Positions 1-8,086 of a stretch of 64,000 nt of DNA are shown in pieces. Numbering within the stretch: the stretch's first letter is position 1; each line of letters begins with the position of its first letter. The stretch is taken from assembly GCA_050944155.1 (NCBI GenBank), contig JBMNQN010000001.1:32001-96000 (forward strand), in the 5' to 3' direction. The DNA is from Candidatus Methanomethylophilaceae archaeon (lineage in GTDB: Archaea > Thermoplasmatota > Thermoplasmata > Methanomassiliicoccales > Methanomethylophilaceae). The translations under genes were made by a program, and so were the position numbers. Under the pieces are notes generated by a model. The model ran no database searches. It was given only the letters and a program-made list of their open reading frames with translations, and was not told where the DNA came from.

Positions 1-126
1 TTTCCGTTTTTATTGTTTCGTCCCGACGCGAAATGCAGGGAGTACCGTGCCATACCCGGGATGCTTCCGACCGGCGTCAAAAGTATCCGGGCAACGGTTA
101 ATATCGTTCAAACCAATCGTCCCGCC

Positions 127-1671
127 ATGACGGGAAATGCAGCGTTCGTACGCGACGGCAGGCCGCACGCCGACCCCGCCGCGCTCAGGGCAAGGTTGCC
201 CGAGTTTGCGGAAGCCGCCCGGAAATTCCATTCGGGCGAAATGAACAAGAAAGAATTCAAGTCCTTTTCGGGGTGGTTCGGGAGCCTTCCCCAGAGGGAC
301 GACGAAACCCATATGGTAAGGTTCCGTCTGGCCGGCGGACGGCTCACGGAACCCAAACTGGCTTACATCGTGGATTCGGTCGAAAAATATGGTATCGACT
401 TGGTGCACCTGACCACGGGTCAGACTATTCAATTCCACAACGTTCAATGGGAAGATGCCTGCGAGATTCTGGACGGCATGTTCGATGTCGGAATCATACC
501 CATGGGCGGCGGCGGGGACAATCCCCGCAACGTTGCCGCGTCGCCGCTTTCCGGGGTCGATCCCGGGGAAGCTTTCGACGTTCTGCCTTTCGCGGAGGCA
601 TCCGAGGACTATCTTCTCGGAATCCTGGAGTCGATAAAACTTCCAAGGAAATTCAAGATGGCTTTCTCCAACGGTTCCGGGTCGGACGTTCACGCCACCA
701 TCAGAGATCTGGGATTCGTCGCCAAACCCAACGGTAAATTCGACGTCTACGCCGGGGGAGGTCTGGGGAACAGAGGTCCCAGGGCGGGCGTTCTCGTACT
801 CAGCGACTGCGAACCGTCCGACGTTCTGTATTGCGTCGAAGCAATGATTACGCTTTTCCTGGAGCACGGGGCGTACGAAACCAGGGCCGAGACCAGAACC
901 AGGTTCATGCGCGACAGACTGGGCGAGGAAAGGTTCGTGGAGGCTTTCGGGGAACACCTGCGCGCATCCCGCGAGAGAGGAGGGTTGGATTTGGATATAG
1001 ATGTGATTCTGGCTAAACCTTCGAAAACTGAAGGGTGGCCGATGTCCCAGAAGCAGCCCGGTATGTATGCGGCGAGAGTTTCGCCCGTTTGCGGCGACCC
1101 GACCAAAGAGGAACTGAAAAAGTTCCTGCGCATTCTCAGGGAGAACCCCGGTTCCGAAATCAGGACGTCGCCCAATCAGGAGATGTTTTTCATCAACCTC
1201 CCGAGGGAGGCGGCCGAAAACCTGTCAAAGGAGTACTCGGAGACGGAATTCCGGAGATCGGTTTCCTGCGTGGGAAGCCACATATGCCAGACAGGTCTGA
1301 GGAACTCAAGGGCCGCCCTGAAAAGTATATTGAGTGCGGAAAAGGAACAGAATTTCCCGGACGGCACCCTTCCGAGGGTGAGGATTTCCGGGTGCGGTTC
1401 GTCCTGCTCCGCCCATCAGGTCGGGGAACTGGGTCTAAGAGGAGCCACCGCAAAGACTCCCGAAGGCAACAAGCCCGGTTTCGAGATTTTCTACAAAGGG
1501 TCGGACGAACCTTTGGACGTCGTAATCGGAGAACCACTTGGGGTGATTCCGGAGGAATCCCTGCCCGCATTTTTCATCGATTTGGGAAAGGCCGTTTCGC
1601 CGGGCAGGTTTTCCGATTGGATAAAAGAAAACGACGGTAAGTTCAGGGAAATCGTCGGAAAATACGTTTGA
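127..1671 (+). CDS. Ferredoxin-dependent nitrite/sulfite reductase (siroheme, 4Fe-4S)
   Basis: MVRFRLAGGRLT, HLTTGQTIQ, GDNPRNV, LPRKFKMAFS, and the cluster motif CVGSHIC...GCGSSC. Start moved to ATG 127 (uncertain). Confidence 0.85.
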   Translation: MTGNAAFVRDGRPHADPAALRARLPEFAEAARKFHSGEMNKKEFKSFSGWFGSLPQRDDETHMVRFRLAGGRLTEPKLAYIVDSVEKYGIDLVHLTTGQTIQFHNVQWEDACEILDGMFDVGIIPMGGGGDNPRNVAASPLSGVDPGEAFDVLPFAEASEDYLLGILESIKLPRKFKMAFSNGSGSDVHATIRDLGFVAKPNGKFDVYAGGGLGNRGPRAGVLVLSDCEPSDVLYCVEAMITLFLEHGAYETRAETRTRFMRDRLGEERFVEAFGEHLRASRERGGLDLDIDVILAKPSKTEGWPMSQKQPGMYAARVSPVCGDPTKEELKKFLRILRENPGSEIRTSPNQEMFFINLPREAAENLSKEYSETEFRRSVSCVGSHICQTGLRNSRAALKSILSAEKEQNFPDGTLPRVRISGCGSSCSAHQVGELGLRGATAKTPEGNKPGFEIFYKGSDEPLDVVIGEPLGVIPEESLPAFFIDLGKAVSPGRFSDWIKENDGKFREIVGKYV

Positions 1672-1868
1672 TTCGTCCTCTGCGGAAATCAGTTCCCGCA
1701 AATCCGCGGATCTTCGGACGTCGGAGACGGAAGCGACCCGTGTTGAAAACGGAGCGAACAGATTATTCTCGGGACGCTGAGGTATCGGCGAGGGAAAACA
1801 TTCACGGGAACCGAAAACGTAAAAAAGAAGAATTAGAAGTGAAAAAACAGACAGCCAGCAGAATCAGG

Positions 1869-1941
1869 TGGGCCCGCCCAGATTTGAACTGGAGTTTCAT
1901 GCACCCCAAGCATGGAGGATACCAAGCTACCCTACGGGCCC
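1869..1941 (-). tRNA. tRNA-Pro(GGG)
   Basis: Reverse complement folds as a cloverleaf: GGGCCCG acceptor, CATGC-TTGGGGT-GCATG anticodon arm, TTCAAAT T-loop. Confidence 0.93.
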
Positions 1942-1963
1942 TTAATTGGTTTGTTTAAAGAGT

Positions 1964-2155
1964 TTAGCCGAGAGGCGCGATGTTGCCGATGAGGTCTGCG
2001 TGGGACACGATCATTCTGCGGCAGCAGTATCTTTCGAATCCCAAATCGTCGAGGACCTTTTTCGGGTCTTCTCCCATTTCTACGCGTCTGGCGTACTCGG
2101 GGTAGGCGCTGCCCACCACCTTTCCGCATGTGAAACATCTCACCGGTATTATCAT
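1964..2155 (-). CDS. rpoN: RNA polymerase subunit N (Rpo10)
   Basis: [12 protein letters not shown]...RYCCRRM zinc motif. Confidence 0.97.
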   Translation of the reverse strand: MIIPVRCFTCGKVVGSAYPEYARRVEMGEDPKKVLDDLGFERYCCRRMIVSHADLIGNIAPLG

Positions 2156-2161
2156 TTTATC

Positions 2162-2560
2162 TCACCTGTACGACTTCTGTTTCTTGGCGCGGGCACCGTG
2201 TCCGAGCTGGTTCTTGGGCAGTTTTCTCCTGTCATCGTTGATGAGGAGAGTTCTGTCATAGTTCTTGAACATAGTCTCGAGTTCTTCGTCTTTGAAGAAG
2301 TCCACGAGTCCTCTCGCGATCGCGGTTCTCGCTGCCGCGGCCTGGCCCATCACGCCTCCGCCTTTGACGGTTACGCGTATGTTGACCCTGTCGGCTTTAT
2401 CGGATGCGAGTCCGAGAGGCTCCTGAATTTTGAGTCTCGCGAGTTCCGGAGTGTAAATGTCAAGGGGAATCTTGTTGACGGTAACTTTGCCGTTTCCTTC
2501 TTCGATAACGGCGCTCGCAACCGCCGATTTTCTTTTTCCGCTAGTGTTCACGCGTTCCAT
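2162..2560 (-). CDS. rps9: 30S ribosomal protein S9
   Basis: SGKRKSAVA, GGGVMGQA, GARAKKQKSYR. Confidence 0.97.
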   Translation of the reverse strand: MERVNTSGKRKSAVASAVIEEGNGKVTVNKIPLDIYTPELARLKIQEPLGLASDKADRVNIRVTVKGGGVMGQAAAARTAIARGLVDFFKDEELETMFKNYDRTLLINDDRRKLPKNQLGHGARAKKQKSYR

Positions 2561-2564
2561 GGAA

Positions 2565-2990
2565 TCATCTCACGTTCGAACCCAGGAATTTGGAGACGGC
2601 TCCCAGGGTTGTGTATTTGCCGGTAATCTTCTTTTTCGCTTCGGCGGGTACCTCCACGGTTACGTCGGCGAACTGTTTGGGCGTTCCGACGTAAACGTGC
2701 AGTCTTCTGTAGGCTTCTCTTCCGCTGGTGTTTTTCCAGGGAATCATGCCTCTTACCGATCTCTTGAACAGCAGGTCGGCTCTTCTGGGATAGAAGGGCC
2801 CCTTTCTCTTGGTGGCGTCTCCCAGGTCCATGCGGTGTTTGTATTTTTCGAACACCTGTTCTTTCCTGCCGGTGATGAGTATGGCTTCGGAGTTCAGTAC
2901 TACTATCTCTTCCCCGTCCATGATTCTCTCGGCCACGATGCTTGCGAGCCTTCCGTACGTCAGGCCGCTTCCGTCTATGAACGTAACCAT
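2565..2990 (-). CDS. rpl13: 50S ribosomal protein L13
   Basis: GRLASIVA, KGPFYPR, VRGMIPWK; operon context. Confidence 0.96.
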   Translation of the reverse strand: MVTFIDGSGLTYGRLASIVAERIMDGEEIVVLNSEAILITGRKEQVFEKYKHRMDLGDATKRKGPFYPRRADLLFKRSVRGMIPWKNTSGREAYRRLHVYVGTPKQFADVTVEVPAEAKKKITGKYTTLGAVSKFLGSNVR

Positions 2991-2994
2991 CTTT

Positions 2995-3357
2995 TCACCT
3001 CATGATCCTGACGTTGGAACCCTTGGGGTTGGATGTCATAAGTTCTCTTATGCCGACGGCTTTGCCGCCCGCTTCGTTGATTGCCTGTCTCGCCTTCTCC
3101 GAAAAGGAGTATGCCGCAACTGTCACTTTCTTGGTTATGCTGCCTGCCGCGAGAACTTTTCCGGGGACTATCAGGGTCTCCCCGTCTTTCGCATATCTTT
3201 CGATTTTGCTCAGATTCGTTTCGGCCCAATTCCTTCTGGGTTTTTCGAGCCGAACCGCAATGTCTCGCCAGACGGCAGATTCGTTCTCCCTCGACACCGC
3301 TTTGAGATCGTAGATCAGGGCGATGAGCGAAGGGTCCGTTTTCAAACTTGCCTTCAT
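2995..3357 (-). CDS. rpl18e: 50S ribosomal protein L18e
   Basis: NLSKIERY, VPGKVL, VTVAAYSFS, NPKGSNVRI. Confidence 0.96.
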   Translation of the reverse strand: MKASLKTDPSLIALIYDLKAVSRENESAVWRDIAVRLEKPRRNWAETNLSKIERYAKDGETLIVPGKVLAAGSITKKVTVAAYSFSEKARQAINEAGGKAVGIRELMTSNPKGSNVRIMR

Positions 3358-3404
3358 TTTCTGACTCTCCCGACTTTGGGTGAGTCTGTCGTATACAGGA
3401 CCTA

Positions 3405-3412
3405 TTTATAAA
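3405..3412 (-). promoter_or_regulatory. Probable TATA box of the rpl18e operon
   Basis: TTTATAAA about 48 nt upstream of the rpl18e ATG in a divergent intergenic region. Confidence 0.5.
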
Positions 3413-3508
3413 CATTGCTGAAACGCGGGTTTCGGCACAGGTCTCCGCATCCCCGGTTCCGCGTACGCTATATTTAATAACATCCGCGCATTAGCAACGC
3501 CCGATATC

Positions 3509-4546
3509 ATGATAAGATTCGGACCTGCGGGAATACCGCTTTCGTGCAAAGGCCGCACTCTCAAAGACGGCATCGAGGATGTCCACAACCTCGGTCTGAC
3601 GGCGATGGAAGTGCAGATGGTCAGACCCGGCAATTACACAAGGTATCCCGACGAGGAAGAGGTCGGATTGACACTCAGAGAAATAACCGAAGATTTTGTC
3701 ATCGAGTTCGTAAGAAACGGGGAGCTCATATGCGACCCCGACGTCCCCATCGACGAGGACGACGAACTCGTTTACATGTCTTCCGGCATCACGGACAGTT
3801 TCGGTTCTCTGTACGGCATAGGCGAAACGGCGAAAAGAATGGACGTAAGCATGTCTGTACACACGCCCTACTACATGGACCTGGGATCCGAAACCCCTCT
3901 TGCCGACATCTGCATAAACAGCATCCGCCACGCGGCTCTGATCGCAAACGCCCTGGGCGGAGACACCGTGGTTACCAGTCTGGGTCTTTACAATTTGGGA
4001 TCCAGGGAGGAAACCGACGCGCGCATATACGAAAACGTGGCGGACCTTATGGACTGGTGGAAAGGCGAGGGACTTAAGCCCAGTCTCGGCGTGGAGATAA
4101 CCGGACATCAGGAAACCTTCGGTTCCCTGGAACAGGTACTGGATTTGTGCGACAGCATCAAAGGTCTGGTTCCCGTGGTGAATTTCCCCCACCACCATTC
4201 CCGTACCTTCGGTTCTCTCGGCGAAACCGAAGACTTCATCAGCCTTCTGGAACAGGTGGAACCTTATGCCAAAAACGGAATCTATTCCCACTTTTCGGGC
4301 GTCGAACACGCCGACGGCGAAGAGAAAAAGTACACACCCATCAAAAAGGGAGACTTGAAATTCGAAACCCTTGCGGATGCGCTTACGGATATGAAGCCGG
4401 AAATCAAAATCATATCCTGCTCTCCGCTGCTGGAACACGACGCCATGTACATGAGAATAATCGCCGAAAGGGTTCTCAGTAAGAAAGTTGCGAAGCATCT
4501 GAAAGAAAAGCGCAAACAGGAAGCCGCGGAAGCTGCCGGGGAATAA
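3509..4546 (+). CDS. Endonuclease IV-like (AP endonuclease family 2) TIM-barrel protein with an internal insertion
   Basis: IRFGPAG, MEVQMVR, SVHTPYYMDL, GVEITGH..FGSL, HFSGVE, SPLLEHDA. Confidence 0.8.
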   Translation: MIRFGPAGIPLSCKGRTLKDGIEDVHNLGLTAMEVQMVRPGNYTRYPDEEEVGLTLREITEDFVIEFVRNGELICDPDVPIDEDDELVYMSSGITDSFGSLYGIGETAKRMDVSMSVHTPYYMDLGSETPLADICINSIRHAALIANALGGDTVVTSLGLYNLGSREETDARIYENVADLMDWWKGEGLKPSLGVEITGHQETFGSLEQVLDLCDSIKGLVPVVNFPHHHSRTFGSLGETEDFISLLEQVEPYAKNGIYSHFSGVEHADGEEKKYTPIKKGDLKFETLADALTDMKPEIKIISCSPLLEHDAMYMRIIAERVLSKKVAKHLKEKRKQEAAEAAGE

Positions 4547-4548
4547 AC

Positions 4549-5082
4549 GTGGATTCTGCGCTGGATTACATAATCGGCAAATGCGGAGAGTCCGCATCTT
4601 CCGTGTCAGGAGAAGACCGCGGAAAACTGGCCGACCTGATAGTATCCAAGCGCAAAATTTTTATCTACGGTTCCGGACGTTCCGGACTGGTGGGCCAGCT
4701 TTTTTCCGTACGTCTGGTACAGCTGGGTCTCGACGTTCACTTCGTGGGAGAGATGACCACCCCAATCATGTGCAAAGACGACCTGCTGATTCTGGTTTCC
4801 AACACCGGAGAAACTGCTTCCGTGGTGAAAACAGCAAACATTGCTGGTCGTATCGGCTCTCACGTAGTATGCATAACGGCGGACCCTAACAGCAAATTGG
4901 CGCATGCTTCGGATACGGTGATTCTTCTGAAAACAGGGAAGATCAAACCGGAATTCGCTCCCCTCGGAACGGTGTTCGAACTTTCCGCCCTTATGTTTTT
5001 CGACAGTTTCGTGGCGGACATGATGGAAAAACTCGGGTGCAGCGAAGACGACATGAGAAGCAGACACGCTATCTGGGTCTGA
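4549..5082 (+). CDS. hxlB: 6-phospho-3-hexuloisomerase (SIS domain)
   Basis: IFIYGSGRSGLV, VGEMTTP, SNTGET, PLGTVFE, RSRHA. Confidence 0.85.
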   Translation: MDSALDYIIGKCGESASSVSGEDRGKLADLIVSKRKIFIYGSGRSGLVGQLFSVRLVQLGLDVHFVGEMTTPIMCKDDLLILVSNTGETASVVKTANIAGRIGSHVVCITADPNSKLAHASDTVILLKTGKIKPEFAPLGTVFELSALMFFDSFVADMMEKLGCSEDDMRSRHAIWV

Positions 5083-5592
5083 TCAGTCTTCGCAGATTAT
5101 TATACATGCGTCTTTCTGTTCTCCGTCTTCCGTGCGGAACGCCATGAACGTGCCGTCGGAAGGGTCGATGACTATTGCGAATCCGGTGCCGTTTCCGAAC
5201 ATGGAAACGTGCGTTTCTATATCCGTTTCGGACATGTAGCATCCGAATCCGGGATGGGAATGGTACCAGCCCACAATCGAGCCTCCGGTTTCGTCCATGG
5301 AGGCGAACAGTTCCTCGAATCCTTCGGGATCGAATCTCACGCTGGTTTCCGTCGAATCCAGTTCGGACGTCGCCGTGCCTTCGGCCACCGCATATTCTCC
5401 GCCGTCGTCTCTGTAAACCTCTCCGAGAACGAATCCCATGACTTCTTTTCCTTCGGCGAAACCCTCGTCGGCGTGATTAAGCATATTTCCAAGCGCTGAT
5501 TCGGAAACGAATAGGTCCGCTTTCTTCACCGTGCGTTTTCTGTAGGTTCTTTCCTTCTTTTCGAAAGAGATGATTTTAGGCATTGCCGTCAC
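5083..5592 (-). CDS. JAMM/MPN+ (Mov34) metallo-isopeptidase, Rpn11/CSN5-like
   Basis: EVMGFVLG (catalytic Glu), VGWYHSHPGFGCYMSETD (HxH-x7-S-x2-D), AIVIDP. Start is GTG 5592 or ATG 5583. Confidence 0.92.
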   Translation of the reverse strand: MTAMPKIISFEKKERTYRKRTVKKADLFVSESALGNMLNHADEGFAEGKEVMGFVLGEVYRDDGGEYAVAEGTATSELDSTETSVRFDPEGFEELFASMDETGGSIVGWYHSHPGFGCYMSETDIETHVSMFGNGTGFAIVIDPSDGTFMAFRTEDGEQKDACIIICED

Positions 5593-6061
5593 CGAATCTG
5601 ACTTCAGCCCTGAAGGCGGGTTTGTTTTCGATATACCAGCGGGACGCCTTCATGCAGGAATCCGTTCCGTAGGGACTCTTGGGATTCGGGTCTGCCAGAA
5701 GATTCTCCAGGCCCATGACGAACGACGTAAGGTTGGAACCGAAGTTCCAGTTGTCCAATATTTTCACGCAGACGTATCCGCCGTCTTCAGGCATCATTAT
5801 ATTGGGGTGGAAAATAGGGGTTTTCCAGGATGCTCTGGGTCTTTCGAAAGGATATTCTTCGGAGAGTATCAGTTCGAACCTGTGTTCTGAAGACATTTCG
5901 GTTTCAGAGATTCTCGCCGGCGAGTTCATCAGAACCACGCTAAGGGTTATGGGAAAAACCGCGTTCTCCGGAATACTTGGTATGTTCAGTCCGAGATACC
6001 CGTTCAGGCCGTTGATTTCGTTATTGATTCTTTTGACGAGAATCGGTTTGACCAGTCCCAT
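5576..6061 (-). CDS. Ubiquitin-conjugating enzyme E2 (UBC fold)
   Basis: YPFERP, IFHPNI, GYVCVKILDNW (Cys98), LLADPNPKSP all follow the UBC consensus. Confidence 0.9.
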   Translation of the reverse strand: MGLVKPILVKRINNEINGLNGYLGLNIPSIPENAVFPITLSVVLMNSPARISETEMSSEHRFELILSEEYPFERPRASWKTPIFHPNIMMPEDGGYVCVKILDNWNFGSNLTSFVMGLENLLADPNPKSPYGTDSCMKASRWYIENKPAFRAEVRFGDGNA

Positions 6062-6297
6062 CAGATTCCGCCTTCCGGGTCCGGAATCATTTCCACAACG
6101 TCGCCGTCCGAAAGGTTGGTTTCGGCGATGGTACGGCTTCCCAGAAGCAGTTTCGGCCCTTTTCTGAGGATGAAAGCACCCGCCCCCTCTCCCCAGTAGT
6201 CCGCCGCCGCATCGATTATGTCGGATATTTTTTCGTAAGGTTCCAGCTCCATCCGAATGGATGCTCCGGCCGCCGTGTTTACCACCGTAATTTTCAC
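6061..6297 (-). CDS. Ubiquitin-like protein (78 aa, beta-grasp) ending GG-I
   Basis: MKITVVN..IRMELEPYEKISDI..RTIAETNLSDGDVVEMIPDPEGGI parallels ubiquitin; lies between E1 and E2. Confidence 0.82.
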   Translation of the reverse strand: MKITVVNTAAGASIRMELEPYEKISDIIDAAADYWGEGAGAFILRKGPKLLLGSRTIAETNLSDGDVVEMIPDPEGGI

Positions 6298-6307
6298 TGT
6301 CGTTTTT

Positions 6308-7066
6308 TCACTTCCTCGTATGATTCGGACAATCTGGATCGATATCCAAAGAAACAGTGTCCAAAGTTCCTTTTTCCCCGTTGTAGTACGTAATTCCGCG
6401 GACGCATAATTCCTCTCTTCCCGAAATAATCTTTTCGGCTTCCCTCACCTGCAATGCCGCGATTATGGACGTAGTGGTAATCTCCGCTGCGGTATGGGGA
6501 ACGAACATGTGGGAATTTCCCGTACAGGAAAACCTCAGTTCTGCGATTTTTGAGTGGGTGGAATTCATGGCGCACTGAAGACAGGGGCCGTCCGCAACGG
6601 TCTGTACTTTTCCGGACATACCGTCGGTCGCACCGTCGATGTACGGGATTCCGTAGTATTTCGCGTGGGAGTTCACGTGAAGTCTGGCACTTATGTTGTC
6701 GAGACATCCGAGAATCAGATCGAAATCCCAGGACTTCAGTTCCCGTACGTCCGAAACTATTCCTTTCACGTCGGCGTCGGGAGACAGTTCGTTCGCTCTT
6801 TCGGCAAGTATGTCGCATTTCATGGGTCCGCCCGCGTCTTCTTCTCTGAAAAACACGCAGCGGCTCAGATTGGATTTTACGATATTGTCCGTATCTACAA
6901 CGGTTATGTCCCTGAAACCGGCCAGAACCGAACATTTCACGGCTTCGTTTCCCAGGGCTCCCGCGCCTACGACGAGAATCCTGGAATCGGCTATGCGGTC
7001 GATGTCAATCCATTCGATTCTTTTCATGCGGTCGAATCTGTCGGAATCCCGTTCTCCGGTCTTCAT
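6308..7066 (-). CDS. ThiF/MoeB/E1-family Ubl-activating enzyme
   Basis: ILVVGAGALG, DTDNIVKSNLSR, CLDN, PCLQC, FSCTG (candidate catalytic Cys), DPDCPNH. Start moved to ATG 7066. Confidence 0.92.
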   Translation of the reverse strand: MKTGERDSDRFDRMKRIEWIDIDRIADSRILVVGAGALGNEAVKCSVLAGFRDITVVDTDNIVKSNLSRCVFFREEDAGGPMKCDILAERANELSPDADVKGIVSDVRELKSWDFDLILGCLDNISARLHVNSHAKYYGIPYIDGATDGMSGKVQTVADGPCLQCAMNSTHSKIAELRFSCTGNSHMFVPHTAAEITTTSIIAALQVREAEKIISGREELCVRGITYYNGEKGTLDTVSLDIDPDCPNHTRK

Positions 7067-7137
7067 CGCACGGGCAGAGCTTCCGTGTAATAAAACACCG
7101 CGGTCTGTTTTATACTCCGAAAGACTATCGGAAAGAC

Positions 7138-7335
7138 ATGGCGGAACTGCCCGAACATTCCCACTGCCTGTTCTGCGGCGACCCTGTCGCTTACGGAGAG
7201 CAATTCTGTTCCGAGGACTGCGCCGGGCATTACGCAAAAAAGAAGAAAAAGGATTTTCTCAAAGAAAACGGATTTTACATCATAGCCGCAATCGGCATAA
7301 TCGTTCTTTCCGTCATTTTCTGGATGATGCGCTGA
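7138..7335 (+). CDS. DUF2116-like zinc-ribbon protein with a C-terminal membrane anchor
   Basis: HSHCLFCG..FCSEDC, a basic stretch and a hydrophobic C-terminal helix. Confidence 0.75.
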   Translation: MAELPEHSHCLFCGDPVAYGEQFCSEDCAGHYAKKKKKDFLKENGFYIIAAIGIIVLSVIFWMMR

Positions 7336-8086
7336 GTCTTTCGCAGGTTTTCTTTACGTTGTGAACCCTGACGATGGCGGCTCCGTGCTTCACGGCTTCC
7401 GCAGCCGCTTCCGCGGATGCGTCGTCGTCTCTGCGTCCGTATTCGAATTCCAGATATCTTTTCCTCGACGGACCTATCAGAACGGGGTATTCTTTTCCGA
7501 AATACGAAGCGCTCCTGGTCAGTTCCGAATTCAGTTCGTGGGTTTTTCCGAATCCCACTCCCGGGTCGAGTATGATTCTTTCCTTTTTTACTCCGCCCGC
7601 TATCGCTGCCTCGGCACGTCCGTTAAGGAATTCCCTTATCTGCGGCTTTGCGTCTCCGCTCATTTCCACGGAGTGCAGCTCGTTCGGTCCGCCGTGCATA
7701 TGCATTATTATTGCGTACGAATCCGTTTCCGAAACGACTTCGATCATTCCTTCGTTTCTCAGACCGTATACGTCGTTTATTACGGTCGCTCCGGCATCCG
7801 CCGCGGCGGCGGCGATTTCGGGTTTCATGGTGTCCACGGAAACGGGAACGTCCGAGGAGGACGTGAACTCCCTTATGACGTCGACTATTCTGGAAATTTC
7901 TTCCTCTGCGGATACGGGAATCCATCCGGGGCGGGTGGATTCGCCGCCCACGTCTATTATCGACGCGCCGTCGTCGACCATCTCGAAGGCTCTTTTCAGA
8001 GCGGCGTCCGTGTCCTTGTAGGAACCTCCGTCCGAAAACGAATCCGGAGTCATGTTGAGTATTCCCATTACGGCGGGATACTTCAT
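7313..8086 (-). CDS. folP: Dihydropteroate synthase
   Basis: VMGILNMTPDSFSDGG, IDVGGESTRPG, DPGVGFGK, SRKR, IVRVHNV. Confidence 0.95.
   Translation of the reverse strand: MKYPAVMGILNMTPDSFSDGGSYKDTDAALKRAFEMVDDGASIIDVGGESTRPGWIPVSAEEEISRIVDVIREFTSSSDVPVSVDTMKPEIAAAAADAGATVINDVYGLRNEGMIEVVSETDSYAIIMHMHGGPNELHSVEMSGDAKPQIREFLNGRAEAAIAGGVKKERIILDPGVGFGKTHELNSELTRSASYFGKEYPVLIGPSRKRYLEFEYGRRDDDASAEAAAEAVKHGAAIVRVHNVKKTCERLSASSRK

Noticed and set aside
1668-1958. 96-aa ORF after the reductase
   Set aside because: It overlaps tRNA-Pro on the opposite strand and has low-complexity basic sequence, so it is likely spurious.
6061-7066. E1 plus Ubl as an ordinary ThiF/ThiS or MoeB/MoaD sulfur-relay pair
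   Set aside because: There are no adjacent thiG, moaE or thiolation genes, and the coupled Cys-bearing E2 points to protein conjugation.
7138-7335. Cys/His-rich gene divergent from E1 as the missing RING E3
   Set aside because: Its ligands (HxHCxxC..CxxxC) fit a single zinc-ribbon/DUF2116 pattern, not the eight-ligand cross-brace RING. A functional link is not excluded but has no support.
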